Source: Chara braunii (lineage: Eukaryota; Plantae; Charophyceae). From it: DNA of 53,336 nucleotides. The position numbers were made by a program, and so were the translations under genes. The notes below the pieces were generated by a model, which saw only the letters and a program-made list of their open reading frames with translations, had not been told where the DNA came from and made no database searches. The stretch covers positions 11,941,651 to 11,994,986 of the forward strand of contig BFEA01000001.1 in NCBI GenBank assembly GCA_003427395.1. Direction: 5' to 3'. This document shows positions 20,994-36,036 of the stretch, one piece after another (position 1 is the stretch's first letter; every line of letters starts with the position of its first letter).

Positions 20994-23900
20994 TTTCTTA
21001 GTTTTCTGGATCCTTAGCAAGAGGGTTCTGTGCGTTCTTGTTGGAGGAGTCTTTTGTCTTAGGTAAGTTCTCTTATCTTCTTTCTCCTCTTTGGCAGTGA
21101 CGCGAGTGCGTAGTTTGAGATAAATGTCGGGAATGCCAATGCTGTTACATTTGTTTGTTTTTTGTAAATGAGTTTTTGGTTTTATGGCCCGATGTGGAAG
21201 GTTCTCCAAGTTTTTTCAGACCTTTGAGGGGGTCGGGTTGGTGCCTTCATGCTGGTGCAGTCCTTTGTCTTAGGGAAGTTGCCTTCTGCCCTCCATCCCC
21301 TTATGGACTTTGAAATATAAATGTGTACATATGTATGTGTGCAACTGTGCTGCTTTGGCGGCAGACGGGTGTGTGCGCACAAACGTGGCCAACCTTACTT
21401 TTTTTATTATTATCTCTGCCCGTGTTGTTTTATGGATGGCTTGTGATGATTTGTAAAGGGAATGAGAGAGAGAATTTGGGGTCTTTTAAAACAACACACA
21501 CACACACAGAAACACATACATACGCACACGCATCGGTCATCATATGCATTACAACCCTTAACTATAGCAACGACATTTAGAAAGAGAAACACAATTGGAC
21601 ATTGGCAGTGGTGACATTCAATTCAAAAAATGCATAGTAAATCAAAAAATGCATAGTAATTGTATAATAATTGCAACAATAAGATTGTTGCATTACAATT
21701 TCAGCAATAAGAGTGTTATTGAACTGCATTTCTCTCTTTGTCTCTCTCTCTCTCTAGAATGATAGTCCTCATGACTCACACACGCAGACATACACACAAA
21801 TCGACAAGATTGCACTACTCATCCTCATCCAACGTGCCATCAGAACCGTCATCATGGCCTCTACATAGTCACGACCGGACTCATCAAAGGTGTCGCCATC
21901 ATCATCGTCATCAGGATCACCGTCCATATTGCGAGAAGAGTGTTTCAAGTTCTTCTTGGCAGTGGCTCGAGATCTAGTAAAGACATCACCGATAACACTC
22001 CCTCCTGGAGGCAACACCCCTGTGACATCACAGGTTCGCACGTCGCTGTCCCCCAATGCACTCATTGCCCAAGACTGATTTCATTGTGTGTGGCCTCGGC
22101 CTACTGATGGTGGGCGACCACGAGGTCTACCAATACCAACTCTCTATCGTCTAGAAGTTGAGTCCCCAACTGCATCATCCTATGTCTGGCCTTCCTGCCG
22201 AGGCAACTTCTCGTGGCATTGTCCATGATAGTTGAGGGTCGTCGTGCAGGAAGTGGGGGCATGCCAGTGGACTGCTACCTAACATATGGGTCCTTGGAAA
22301 TGACCCTTGATGCCAACCAGATTATAGGCCTCGCCTGCGTGGGTAGACTTACTAGTCTCGAGGAGGACGTGGGGGCATGCCTAATGGACTGCTTATGGGG
22401 TGCGGATTTGTCAACAATGAGCTCTACAGCCCACCAAGCCTCGCATGACTTGAGGCTGAGTCAACTGTGCCTCCAGAGGCAGCCCGCTGCGTCATTGACC
22501 GACAAAGTGATATGCCGGTACGTAGAACCATCTCTACTGTGGTCCCGTGTCTATCGCCTACGGGAGAGTCGTTTCTCTGGCTCTTGCAACCTACAAACAA
22601 TCGAGTCAATATCCAAAACAAGGGTGACAAGCCATACAAAGGTCATGTAACAAGAAAGTCGAAAACAAATTCGAAACATTTAGTGTATAATACTTGGTTC
22701 AACCACATCAGGTAATGGTCGGGTATGAGTGGAGACCGGAATATCCATTGTCTCGGTCTAGTAGCAATAGTCCTCATTCATATCCTATGACAAACTCTAC
22801 AGCTCATTCAGTGTCGCCTGTACTTAGCTGTATGCACTTAGCCACGTACATACCCTCGTACATACCCTAGGACATACTCTACAACTCTCTGAGTCTGCAA
22901 CACAGTTGTTGACCCACCTAGGCCAAAGGACCAAATCTAGATCGACCATTCCTCTTAGAGAAAGACCTAAACAAGATAATTACCTGATCTGAGTAGTCTG
23001 CTAACATGCTTTACGCAAGCCCAATAGGTAGTCGCTAATACTGAGAATTGTAGAGTTGTCGCTAAGAAAAGAGCAGTCTTACAGCCCCCGAGATCCCTGT
23101 GAAGGAATGCGAAGACAGTGGCTTATTGCTGTTGGAAATTCCTGACAAAACTGAGATTTGGTGTAATCAAATTTTTGTTGCAATTAAATTATCTACAACT
23201 AAAGTTTGCTGAGATTTGTTGCAACTGAGTCTGAGAACTGTTGATGCTGTTCTTTCTATTTCTGCTAGGACCTTCTCTTTTCCAAAGGGTTCCCAGCAAA
23301 TAATTAGTAGGGTTCCAATGTCGTTGGAAGACGCAGTCTGTTTGTGCAATTTCGCTGCAGCCGCGATTTCTATTGTCAATTTTTTTCGGCAATGTTGCTG
23401 CAAATGAGATTTTTGCTGCCAGTCTGTTCTTGCAATTTTATCGCAGGTGGGTTTTATGCGTTGGGTTTGTCTTGTGTCTGCAGTCTCGGTCTTGTGACTC
23501 CAATGTGAGTCCTTTGTCTGCAACCCGCGTCTATACTTTGAGCCCGCGACTGTTACTCGGACCGAACCCTTAGTCCGTGTCTCAGTTTAGTAGTTTTGGG
23601 TTTTGCTGCTCTCCGTTTTTGAAGGTCTGAGTCCCACTTGGCATAGTTATCTGGTATGGGTTGTGCTGCTCTCAGTTTTGGAGGTCTGAGTTCCGCAGTC
23701 TGGAGGTTTGTTGTTCTTTGATATATTGTCACATAACTATGAAGTTTGAACTAAAAGAGCGCAATTTTTGCGAAACAAACGGCGAAAATTAAAATTAAAA
23801 AAAAACAGGACAAACATGAAGGGCACAGTGAAACCATTCATTTTCTCATTCTTCTTTTGACTCGCCTTTCACCGTGCCTCTCACGTGCAAGGCTCGCCAC

Positions 23901-24171
23901 GTTGATGAAGTTGAGCACGAGCTGCCCCCATCCCCATGTGCCATAACAGCCCACTTGTACGCTATGAGAAAGAGGCAGAGTGAAGGGGGAGGGGATAAAC
24001 ACAGGGAGGAGAGATGGAGAGAAGACAAACAAAGAACGATAAAGGGAAAGTTAGGGAAAGTATGGAGTGTGGAGTGAAGATGAAGGCAAAAGAGGATAAG
24101 AAAAGACTCAAGAATGAGTCTGTCCTTGACGACAGAGAGGACATACATGTTGTTATTGCATTCAAAGATTT

Positions 24172-24245
24172 CTTGTTATCTGAGATCTGTTGTTATCTAA
24201 GATCTGTTGTTATCTGAGATCTGTTGTTATTTGAGATCTGTTGTG
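24172..24245. repeat. 17-bp tandem repeat, about 4 copies
   Basis: tgttgttatctgagatc units. Confidence 0.9.
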
Positions 24246-26161
24246 TCTTCACTTTGCAGAGCACGTCTCTGTGTTCTGTTACCTGAATCTGTGTCCGAGT
24301 CCGTGTCTCAGTCTGTGCTTAATTCGGTATCTAAGTCTCCGTCCGAGTCTGCATTTTTGCGGTGACCGCTGTCCCAGTATCATTGCAACCGATGCCACTG
24401 CTAATGTGCGTTTCTGCAATCTGCTGCAGCTTCGGGTTCTGCTTCTGCTGGAAACCTTTGAGAGTGGAGTATGTGACCAGCGGGATTGCAGTTGCAGAGT
24501 CTGTCTAAATTACCTGCTCTGATTTTTCTGTCGTCTGACCTTTCAGTGTCTGACCGTGCTGCATCTGAGGCAACTTGTTTGCATACACAGGTTCCCACGA
24601 TCAGAGACTTGTCTCACCTACTCTGCGATCTGTTGTTTTCCGGTCGGCTCGTCTCAGATCTGGTGGTTTGAGATCTGCCGATTTCCGTTTATTGGTCTGA
24701 AATCAGCTGGTTTCAGTCCCAAACTTGCATAACGCAGCTTCAAGCTCGTCGAACTCTGTCCAAAGTCAAGCCATTATTTAAATGTTGCTTCCATTCACTA
24801 AGATGGGCTTGTATGCACAGGTGTACATGATCTCATAGTACTGGTTACTGCTCAGTGCGCTGATTGCTATCCAGTCCACTTGGTCTTGCTAAGTTTGCCC
24901 TCGAATCTGCCAGACTCAGTTTGCTACTGTTGTGTTCCCTTTCAGTCTTCTGAGCCTCCTGTGTCTGATTTATCCGGTTTTGGAACCTTTACTAAGTTTA
25001 AATCTTTCAGGCCTGACACCCGTTGATTTCGGCTTTTCCCTGTTTGTGAGCTTACTCCCGTGTTCTACGAGCTCTCTTGACATGTCTTCCGTTGTTTCTT
25101 GTCATTTGTTGAGCCTGCTTTTCAATGCTTGTGCTGTGTCTTCACTCTTAAGGAAATGTATGTTTGAGTTCCGCTGTTTTCTAATGCAATGACTTGGCGA
25201 GTCCTCAACAAAGCCATATGATGTGGCTGAGCTCTAGTCTATAACTTATAGAGCCCACGTTCAAGAATCATGATTAGTAATCTGCTTGTCCTGCTAAATT
25301 TTCAATTTTAGAACCATCCAACTTGTTGGAAATACCAATCTGTGTTGGTGACACTGCTGATATTGTCGATCCTTTTCCCTGAAATTTGCAGTTTTTGCAG
25401 ACTGTAGTGTTCTCAAACTGGTGCCTTTGCAAGTTTCCTAGAACAAGGGTGAAATTTCAAATTTGTTGTTTTCTGACCCAGTGTTCCCAAACTGGTGCCT
25501 TCTCGGAAGTTTTGCAACCCGTCGAGCCTCGAAATGATTGAGCTAGCACTTTGTGTTGGTTCAAGGTGCTCATCGAATGTCCCGATTTAAAATACACGTG
25601 CGAAATACCTGCTCAAACGTCCCTGTTTAGAATGCTTATGGGGAGCATCTTGGCTCAGAGCGTTCGTTTCCTTCCCCTACCCAACTCACTGATGTTTCCT
25701 TTACCGGAGTGGCAAACTTAAATTATAGACAGCAACATATCGATGAATAAATAAAGGGTTATTATTTGAAAAAAAAAGTCGCGTCGCCATAAACCTTTAC
25801 GCATTTGGGTGTTCTTCCCTTGCTTTGTGTTTTGCTAGTTCCGGATAGTAGATATAATATGTGCACATTCGTGCTAATTCTACGAGGAGCTCGGGATCAA
25901 ACTTGTCCTTCTGCTTCATCCTGAGTCAAGGTGCTTCGTGTAGAGTGCTCGACTCCCTTTAGTGCATTTGTATGGCAGCCCGAATCATGTCCTGTTTCGG
26001 TATTCGATGAACTCCATATGCATGAGAAGGTGCACCTTTCGCGAAGCTTCTGTGCCTATGCTACTTTGCGTGCCCGTAGAACCGAAATCCCGTCTGCAAA
26101 CCCGAATACGGTGTAAGTCCCTTCCATGTGCATGCATGCAAGGGCCCTGAATATGATTTAT

Positions 26162-26162
<1 letters not shown>

Positions 26163-26246
<84 letters not shown>

Positions 26247-26299
26247 NNNNNNNNNNNNNNNNNNNNNNNNNNNNNNNNNNNNNNNNNNNNNNNNNNNNN

Positions 26300-26390
<91 letters not shown>
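26163..26390. repeat. (CT)n/(GT)n microsatellite spanning a gap
   Basis: Direct inspection. Confidence 0.95.
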
Positions 26391-26392
<2 letters not shown>

Positions 26393-27349
26393 ATCGTGTG
26401 ACACTGCTGCTGCCATACGCACAGGCCTCTCCCTGCATATCTTTATCCGTGTGTTCATGGTCCTGCAGATTTTTGTGGTCCTTGTACATACCTTTATGCC
26501 CCGATTAGAATGCCCCTTGATTGGGCATGTGCGACCGACCTTTATGTCGCTTCCTCATGTGCCCTCAATTGGTTTTCAAGCCAGACTGACACAAGTGATC
26601 AACCCTCGAGTCTCGCCTTTGCCATCTCCTCCTTGTCATGTTTGTGTCCGTAAGCCCCTCAATTAACAAGTGGAAAAGAGCGCTTAGTTAGCTTTTCCCA
26701 CGTGACTCGCGCTTATGCTTATTGTGCAAGTTCGATCTGCCCGTACAAATCAGGTTGTGCAGTCACACTGCCTCGATTCTGTCCGTACCCTTTCAAGCAT
26801 TCATTTTATTTCTCAAGGTTGGATCCGCCTGGGAAATAGTCCTGATTCGTGTGTGATTGGTGGGCATTCTTGTGTGCAAATGCAACCAGGATTGAGTGTT
26901 GGTTCGTGCATTGCGTCATACCTAAATGCCTCCTGTGTGTGCATAAACGTGAGATTATATCCCGATTTGTGCACCCTATATAGTTCGTAGTGTCTTCCCT
27001 GAGAATGAAGCCAGAAACCTGTTTTGGTTCGTTGGCCAGGGGGACAGCACACACGTGTGTGCTTGTGCGCGTCGTACTCTCGAATCATCTGAAGGTCAAA
27101 CCGATTACTGTGTGCCCCTCCTGATTGGTTTTGCGTCTCGTGGTTTGATTGGATCCTCGTGCGCAATGAGATCAACCCTTGTGTGTGAACCTCAAGCGGG
27201 ATCCAGTCCCGGCTTGTGCCCGCAAGTAAATGTGCATGGCGTTGTGCGTGGTGTGCATCAGCACATTTTTCGTGCGGTCGTGCATCCATGCGTGACTGAA
27301 TCCTTGATTAGCATTCCGTTGATAGGGCATCCTGTTTGCTTTCCTCCGC

Positions 27350-29300
27350 GTGATTAGATCACTCTTTCGTGTGCTTTCCTCCTTGTGTTGAGATCTATGC
27401 TTCGTGCATCTTTCTCTGCATGATCAAATCTCTTTTCCGTGCGCCTTTCTCTGAGTAATCCAATCCCTTGATGGGATGACTCCGGATGCTCAGGGCCCTG
27501 TGAAGTGCTACCACATGTGAACCCTGTGCACGTTGCCCCTATCTGTGGAGTGGATGGACAAAGCTTGTGATAGAAGCGCTCCTTGTCCTCCTCATCAACG
27601 CCGTAAACATCCGTGGGCCGATCCTCGTGCACGTCGGCCCACTCATCAATGTAGCGACTCTCCCTCCTCCTGTTGGCGCCGAGAAGCTACATGTTCCAGT
27701 GAATGAACTCGAGCTTCTCCCCACTCTCCGCTGAGAGGTTGCGCCTCTTCGTGTCAATGAAATCGTGTACGGGACAACTACGCTCACAGGGAGTCATTGT
27801 GGATTGCATGCCAAACACCCTCTTGGCAATCTCTTGCAACTTGGGATGAAGGCAGCCGTGAAGGTGCCACCTCAACGCCGGGTGCATGGTCTTGCAGGCA
27901 GCGTCTCGAACTGGAAGGTCGTCCCTCCAGTGCAGGGCTTCCTCCAGCCAGTACCCGCGATCGTCACGATAGAAAGTCCACAAATGCTGCCACCCATGGT
28001 GCATGTCCGCTGCCTGCCAACCTCCGTTTGGGGTACGAGCCATGTGGTCGAGGGCACTCTACACGATCGCGCTCCCGTGGTCCGCCAACAATGACACATC
28101 GCGACAGCGAGGGTCCAACATAGCTTTCAGCGTATGCAGGCTGTCGCAGGTGCACCACAATCTCCAATACGGTGGTCCTTTGCTCATCCTCCAACTGCAA
28201 AGCATCAATCTTCCTCTCGATGATAGACTTTAAATCCCATAATCTATTAGCGATGACCCGTTGTAATCGATGGCCTTAAGAAAAGAGTAACACGGCTCCA
28301 TAACATCCGTCACTTTCCCAACTTCCTGCCACTACGCACCCCCGACTCGTTCGTCCGTGCATCATGTCTATCATGCATCCCTCCATTCATCCGACGACGC
28401 AACCTTGTCAAGCACCTCCCTCTACTGCCCGAGTCTCTCCATATCATGCACACAGTCCTTAAATGAGCGTCTGCTGGTCGCCTTAGGTCTAGGGCCCCTT
28501 TTACGTTGTGATGAAGTGTGAGCACCTTTCTGTTTGTTCCTCATAATCTTAATAACCTTGTGCGCCCCCTTCATGACTAGAGTGACCCAAGTTTGTGCAG
28601 CAATGTCTCGCAGCAACAAGCTCAAGTAATGTGTTGCGCACGGGATCCAAGGCATGCATGCAATGGTCGAGTTTGTATGAGACTGCAGATCGCCCACTGT
28701 CGCCTTCATCACTCAGCGTCGCTAGTTTAAATCGCATTGACACGCTTAACGAGAATGGTTCGAATGGTTCGAATGACCCGCTCTCACACCTCTCACTGAC
28801 TGATGTCGGTTTTCTCTTGCATTGAAGTGTTGTGCTAATGAGCACAGGACCAGACTGCCTTGCTTCGACGAAGTTCATAATTAGTTTGCGCCTCTGGTCA
28901 TTTGCTTTGTCAATCAGACATGTTTTCGACCACTTGGTCTTTTTAGGAGCAATAAGCGCAGCAACCTCGTGGAAAATGATATTGAGCATCCTTGTCCACA
29001 CTTCCTCATGTGTGAGTAGACGTGGCATTGTCACAATGGTGGCTGCAATCTTAGCAGTCATGTGTCTCCTTTAATCGGAGCCAATTGAACGACACACTGC
29101 CTCGATACATTGCAAGTGCCAAGAGACAATCGAGATCCCTTTGCACCTTGTTCCCCATCCAAGGAACCAAGGTGGTCTATCTCGCTCTAACTGTCACTGG
29201 GGTAGAGGTACTCTGTCTCTCAAGAGTCTTTCTCACACGCGCGTCATCGCCCTCGCTCTCCATACCAACAAGTGTCCACAAACGGTGATAAGCAAAAGTT
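27350..29300 (-). mobile_element. Decayed hAT transposase pseudogene (DUF659-like region plus hAT dimerisation domain)
   Basis: Frameshifted pieces: WIPCATHYLSLLLRDIA..WV..VMKGAHKVIKIMRNK (CxxH region) and WHLHGCLHPKLQEIAKRVFGMQSTMTPCERS..HDFIDTKRRNLSAESGEKLEFIHWNM (hAT C-terminal dimerisation signature). Confidence 0.85.
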
Positions 29301-30489
29301 GTGGTGTCTCTCCATGATCCACCCCCCCACCGCCTGGGCCTCGGACACAAGCCTGTGTGGCAACCACATTCGGTGCAGCAACACCCTCACCTCCAGACCC
29401 TTTGCATGCTCAACAACCAATGTATGTGACAACGGGTCATTAAACCACCACTACCTCGCCGTAGCAGTTTTCCCATTTTTTCAAAGTTTACGGGGGTCCG
29501 GTGGAGGGCCAACAAACACGAAGTGTTCAAGCCTCATGAGCCCACTTCTAAAACAAAAAGAAAAGAAAAACCAAAAAGATGTATGCAACTAGTACGGTGT
29601 CGGGGAAAGCCGCGACCCAGGCCATTCTCACAGTCGAACTTTCGTAAATGTATCCCACTACTATTTTGGCTAGTAGGAAATATCATGATTTGTGTTTTGT
29701 TTTTTTCTTTGTTTTGAGGCAAGGCGCGTACTACGGACTGCTTTGACGCCCTTACAGAGGGCCTACTCACACTGCTACTTCTGGGAATGTATCCAACTGC
29801 TTTCCCATCCACCACGCAGTCTTGATTTTCTTTTTTCTTCTTCTTCTCTCGTGAATCTGACTGCGCCTCTAACAGCTCTCACCGAGGGCATACTCGCACG
29901 AGTACTTCTGAGAATATATCCAACTACTATCACGTCGAAAGTTCTTTTTTTTTCCTAGATGCAACTGTCATGACGAAATCAGTTTTTTGTTGTGACAAAA
30001 TCGGTTTTCTTAAACCACCACTACCTCCAAGGCTCCAAGCCTGTTTTTGCCGACCCTAATTTTTTCACTACGTACCAAGTTTTGTCGAGTATGGGGTCTG
30101 TTTTGTTTCTTTTCTGGTACTTTTTTTGGGGGGGGAAAAAAAAGCATGGTCATGCTTTAGAAAAAAGACACACTCACAACCACAAAAAAGTAAAGGGAAA
30201 AAAACAAACACCCCTTTGGATGTGATACCAGGTAGATACATACCACAACGTTGTTGTGTGAGTATGCCCTTAGTGAGGTCGTTACGACATGGGATCAGGT
30301 CTACGGAAGAATAAAAAAGGAAAAAAATAAATTGAACTGAATTGAGGGCGGGAAAGCGGGTTCATACATTTTGCAAAGTAGTCGTGTGGGTGTACCCTCC
30401 TTCATAAAGTGCCAGCATCCTGTGGACTGCGTCGTGCCTCCCTGGTTGGGCACAAAAAAAAAAAAAAAAAACCACGAACAACGAAAATT

Positions 30490-31740
30490 TGAAACTGGCG
30501 AACCTATTTGGAACAAAAGGTCTTAGCGCTACGATGGTGTCACTCCCGTTTGGCCTCCTTTCCCCACCGAAAGATCGCGGAAACTATAGAGCACATCTTT
30601 TTGCAATACCCGGGGGCGATTCTGACATGGCGATGGCGGGACAAGATCTAGCGACAGCTCGGCACTACATGCACATGGCCATGGGACTGGAGAGCCCTCT
30701 TATGTGAAGCCTGGTCTTCTCCCACAGACTGTCCTTTTGATAATAACATGTTTACGACGGGGAGGAGAGCTATCATTTGGGCCCTTTGGCAGAAAAGGTG
30801 CATACTTGCGATTGAAGGTGTCAGGATAGAGGGGGAAGAGGTCACCGAAATGGTTAAGCAGTATGTTCAGGAAGAACTCATGACACAATGGCAAAATGTG
30901 AAAGTAAAACTGGATCTGTTTCAAACAGAAAAAAAAAACATAATGCAAGTTAACCAACAGTTTTCCAGGGAAGGGATGGGGAGGGAGGGCAAGATCGTCC
31001 ACATTTTTTGGGAGGGAGGACAATCTTCGGAAGGGGTGAAGACGTGCTCAGAAGAGACTATGGTATCTGTTTTAGCGATTGGACCAAGGTAGATGGGGCG
31101 GTTCCTCTGCGCCCTCCTTCTGATTTCCCCGATCCCTTTCCACCCCATGGACTCTCCAATCGTAGATCTACAGTGGTACGGAGCGATGTAGGCTTTACCT
31201 GCTCAGTCTATCCCCTGGCTTCAGGGTAATCAATGATCGCAGTACGGCGGCGAGCTTAGCTGTTTAGGGATCTTCAATAGGCAGCTCAGCAGGAGTGTTG
31301 AGTACAACTTTGGGGTACGTCAAGATAGAGGGCCTGAAGGAGAACATCTCCATCGCTGTTCTGCCAAGAATGTCAGCAGGAGTAGCTCTCCACCAATACA
31401 TGGACCCTCCCGAGAATGCTAGGAGCACCCAGAGGTTAAAAAATGGAAGATGCTAGTATGGTTTCAGTATGGCTCAGGGGGAGGGAGGAACTAGCGTGTT
31501 GTTGTGTATCCGGCGTAGAATGCAGGGTGAAGAGGTTCCCCCTTCCTTCCAATATCCTGCTCAGTCAATCCCCTGGATCCCAGGGCAATCAATGTTGGCA
31601 GGAACACCTCATAACTTCTTTCTGATGTACTCCAAATCCTGTCCGTATAAGGGACGCTGGACCCGCTTTCCAGCAGGTGATGCTCCCCACCAATAGATGG
31701 AGCCTCTCCCCAGATGAAAAAAAAAAAAAAAAAAAAAAAA
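30490..31740 (+). mobile_element. 5'-truncated L1-like LINE: ORF2 C-terminus, 3' UTR and poly(A)
   Basis: ETIEHIFF (zf-RVT-type E..xHLF motif, about 30580) followed by AIIWALWQKRC (W.IW..RN-type motif of L1 ORF2 ends); shared 3' motif at 31653-31710; A-run 31717-31740. Confidence 0.7.
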
Positions 31741-34719
31741 GTTGGATTCTTTCTTGTGAGTATTGGTGTAAGCACAACTTCTTGCAAAGCTTCCTCGACT
31801 TGGTCTTTTTTTTCCAAACGGGCCCACAAGGAAGCAGGAAGCAAAGTTGGCACGCAAGTCGCAATGCTTACATCCAATGCACACCAAAGCGTACATCAAG
31901 TGCACATTGTAGTAGTCACAACATAGTTGACACTTAGCATCAACTGCTGTAAGCATTAGCCGCGTAACACAACACCCCCATTTTGTCGCACATGCAAAAG
32001 TCCTCAAACAATCCATTAACACCGAGACGTTGCTGACTCTCCTAGATGCCCTAAAGCGGAGTCTCCGCAGACCCCCGAAAAGTTCAAGAAAAGTGGGGAA
32101 ACTACCAATTTTCCCATTTTTTCCAAGAGTGACAAAGGTACCAGTAAAGAAAATACTTTCGGGATCCAGGCTCAATAAAACTCGGTGCATTGTGAAATGC
32201 AGGTATGGCAAAAACAGGCTCGGAGATAGTCGTGGTTTAAGCGCAGTCCTCGCATGTTGGAAATGCTACAATATCTCCTCAGTTCGTCGTGGGCAATGCG
32301 TTTTTACCCTTATCAAGTGCTCTGTTAGCCGTGATCTGAAATTGGGAAATATCTTGTTGCAAAGGCAGCACCATATGAGGAAGTCCCCCCCCTTCTAAAA
32401 ACCCGACTCCTTCAACAGCTAATACAACAAACTCATTTTCACTGCAAGGATCGGATGTTCCTGACTGTGATTTCATCATATGTGGAGAAAAGAAGAGCAG
32501 TAATGAGAAAGTATAAGCAGTAGTTGAATTCATACACACGATTACAAATATGGCAAAGGATCGTGAGCTCAATTGAGTTATAAATACCCCAAGGACTACA
32601 AACATTCTCATGAGACAAAGTTGAAAATCCAGATGAGAGGACATATTGTATAGATCCTAATCGTGGGTTATGAGCACGAGAAGCAGTAACGACCCTTCAA
32701 AGAAAAAAAATAGTGACGAGTTAATATCTGACAAATGATCGGTGGTGATAAACGGCCCAAACAACGGTAATAGCAAGCAACGAATGAGGATACTGGTCGA
32801 ACATGAGACTTGAGCACAAACAAAGATTCGTGTTAAAGCCTGAATCAAAGCTCAAACAAAATGGCAAGGTCCGACTGTAGGCGAGAGTAATCGCAAGGAC
32901 TCAAACAACAAAATGGTGAAGTCTGATTGTAGGCAAAAACAATCGCAATGACTACGGTTGCGTCGTTGCACATTGATGGTATTGGTAACCATTAACTACT
33001 CAACCTCCTTAGCTTTCTCCTTGTCCTCCCTCTCTTGGTCGTTGGCTCGCTCGTTCGTCAAGTCATTTGTTTGATTCTTCAACGGGATTTCTCTTCTTTT
33101 TACATAACGTTTTTCCCCTTCAGTTTGCGCACACACTTACAATAATCTCTCTCACTGGTGGAGGATGCTCGTATCACCTCCAATAGCAGGTTGCCACATA
33201 TGTTTGCCATTAAAAAGAAAAAAAAAAAAAAAAAAAAACTTTGTGCTCCTAGCGGCGAGTGTTCTTCAAACATATTGTTGGGATTCAACCTTTTGTTGAG
33301 CTACGAAAGGTCCGATGAAGCAGTTCAACAAAATCATGTTTTTTACTACGGAGTCGTGTATAGCAAACGTGACAGCACACAGTCAATCCAACGTAGCAGA
33401 TCGTGGAAGATGGAGGTACTCCCCTCGGGCAAGTTGCTCCCTGCTTCATTCGTCTCTTTCCTTTTCCTTGCTTTCACTTATTTTTCTTTCTTTTTGACCC
33501 ACCACTTTTTTGCTCTCTTGCACCTCTCACATCAAGTTGTCATTGTCAAATAATGCACACGTCGATGACCCTGCACCACTCTGATACCTTCCACCTCACG
33601 GGGCTAAGCACCCATTCGCTCGCCCGTGTGGTGAACTTCGTCCAACATTAGAAATGTACATGGGAAGACGACCATTTTTAATCAAGGGGAGGACGTTGAA
33701 GGTTGTTGACGACGATTACTTGACTTGTCGACCCCGACGATTACAAAGGTAAGTGCAAGTCATTAGCAAGGTTAGGTACATGGCTCTCTAATCCCTTCTT
33801 TTTTCTCCTTTACTGTCTTCTTTTCCACGCTTGTCCTTAGTCCGCTCACATCTTATTCTAGCTTTGTGCGTTTTTTCCCCCCTTCTACAATCTTATTTCT
33901 TATAGTCGTTTACCTTCTTCCTTACATACTTCTCTTTTGTTTTGCTCTTTGTCTTCTCAACTACACTTTTAGCTTTCTCCTGTGTGTTCTTCATCTTCTC
34001 AATTTGGCGCTTCATCTTCTCCATTGTGCATTTAATATTATTTATTGTGTTATCATATTTGCTTAGTACCGCGTGCACTCTTCTTCTTCCTCGTGCAATT
34101 GTCTTCTCTCTCGCCCTTACGCTCGTTTCTTGTTTCTCCTGCTCGGTATTTTTCTCATATCGCGTCAGTTTCCTTGATCATGCTGGCCGTCGGGGAACAT
34201 TTATGTTTGTCCGCAATGATAAAAAAAAGTAGAGGTGAAAGTCAGTATGCTTATCCCTCTATACTGTTAAAAATTGCAAAGGGCTCGACGTGTTGCTTCC
34301 CAGCGGGCCATGGGAAAATCGGTGTTGCGTGGCAGTCCCTCCATCTAGAAAATCGATGTCGCACTCCAGTAGTGAGGTGCCTGCGTGGGGGCAGGAGCAA
34401 AGCGCACCATTTTGTGTGCACGAGTGAGGTATTCGAGCGCGGTGTTGGGAGCCAAGCGAGGCGGTTCATTCTTTTGGAATATGGTCAAAAGCGCACCCGC
34501 TCGGCAGTCCCGCGATGCCGATTGCTGTAGAGTGCGAGACGAACAACATATTTTTTTTGTTTTTTGGGCGTCGCATGGGGGAAGATTCGTGGGATTTGTT
34601 TTGCATTGCTGGCATAGCGACACTTTTGTGGGGAACGGACTGTGGTCGGGCGCATACAGGCACAAGAACACACCCTCTCACCCATACATACGCAGACATA
34701 CGGAGGGTAACCACTATGG

Positions 34720-35340
34720 GAGGATGAGGAAGGAGGACAATGACGATAGACGAGGAGGCAAGAAAGAGCAAGAAAGAGAAGTGAAGATGATGATATCGGA
34801 GACCATGGAGACGAGGACATCGACGTCAGGGATGGCCCGAAGATGACGAAGTTAAGGACAATGATGGATAAGGAGTAGGATGGAGGATCAACGGAGTGGG
34901 AGGGATGATGGAAGGAGGACGGACAACGATGCATTGGGACGGGATGCCAGGAGAACAATGATGATGGAGGAGGAGGTAGGACAGGGGGGGAAAGAGGAGA
35001 AGGGGAAACGTCTGTATCGATGAGGACGAAGATGATGACAGCGATGCCGCAAAGATAACGAATTCAAGGACGATGATGGATATAGGAGAAGGAGGGAGGA
35101 TCGATGTAGTAGGAGGGAGGATGGGGAAGGATGAAGGGATGATAGAAATAGGATGGAGGATGACTATGGAGAGAAGAAAGGGGAGGACACTGGACTATAG
35201 AGGTAGGATGAGGAGGTTGGAGGAGGAGGGAGAAAGAGGGAGGATGGATGAAGGATGGACGGAGGATGGAGGATGGCTATGGAGAGAAGAAAGGGGGAGG
35301 ATGTTGGACTATAAAGGGAGGAGGAGGCTGGAGGAAGGAC
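34720..35340. repeat. Purine-rich low-complexity tract
   Basis: GGA/GAT/GAG-rich with an internal about 115-bp degenerate duplication. Confidence 0.75.
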
Positions 35341-35964
35341 CCCAAATCAAACATACGCCCATTCAATAGAAAAATTATTCAGAATTAAATATTCATTCTA
35401 TAGTAAAATTACATTCTAAATTTTTAATTTTTATTCCATCTTAAAAAATGTCATTCCAATTTTAAATTTTTCGTCTTACTTGAGAGTTTTCCTTCCAAGA
35501 ATGGGGTATCCCTTCTTATTTGAACTGCATGCTAGAAATGGAATGAAAGTCTGGATGAGATTATGAAATATTTTAATTGGACTGTCATTCTAAGTAAGGA
35601 TTTTCAGTCATAAATAGGTTAATCCAATCTAAATTAGAAGATATTTGTTGTAGTAGAATGAAAGTTTAATTAAAACATTTCATAAACTCGTCCAGACTTT
35701 CATTCCAACTTGAACAAATAGATGTAGTTGGAAGGGAAAACTCATATTTAGACGGGAACTTATCAAATAAAACTGGAAATTTTAAAATTGGACAAACATT
35801 AGAATTATAATTTATTGATATGAAGGATTTTTTCTTTATGGAATGTTTTTTCAACTTTCATTTCTCGCGGGAAATTTTCTGTTGTTATCAATGTATCGGG
35901 ATCGGAAATTACATGGAATGCAGTTGTAATGATTGTGCGTTTTGTGTGCGCAATTATTTCCAAG

Positions 35965-36036
<72 letters not shown>

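Noticed and set aside
21800-25700. LTR-retrotransposon internal or LTR sequence
   Set aside because: Looks TE-like, but I could identify no protein motif, terminal repeat or PBS
31760-34700. Possible gene exons or transposase relic (ORFs 31609-32211, 34045-34846)
   Set aside because: No recognisable domain, stops and frameshifts, no consistent splice structure
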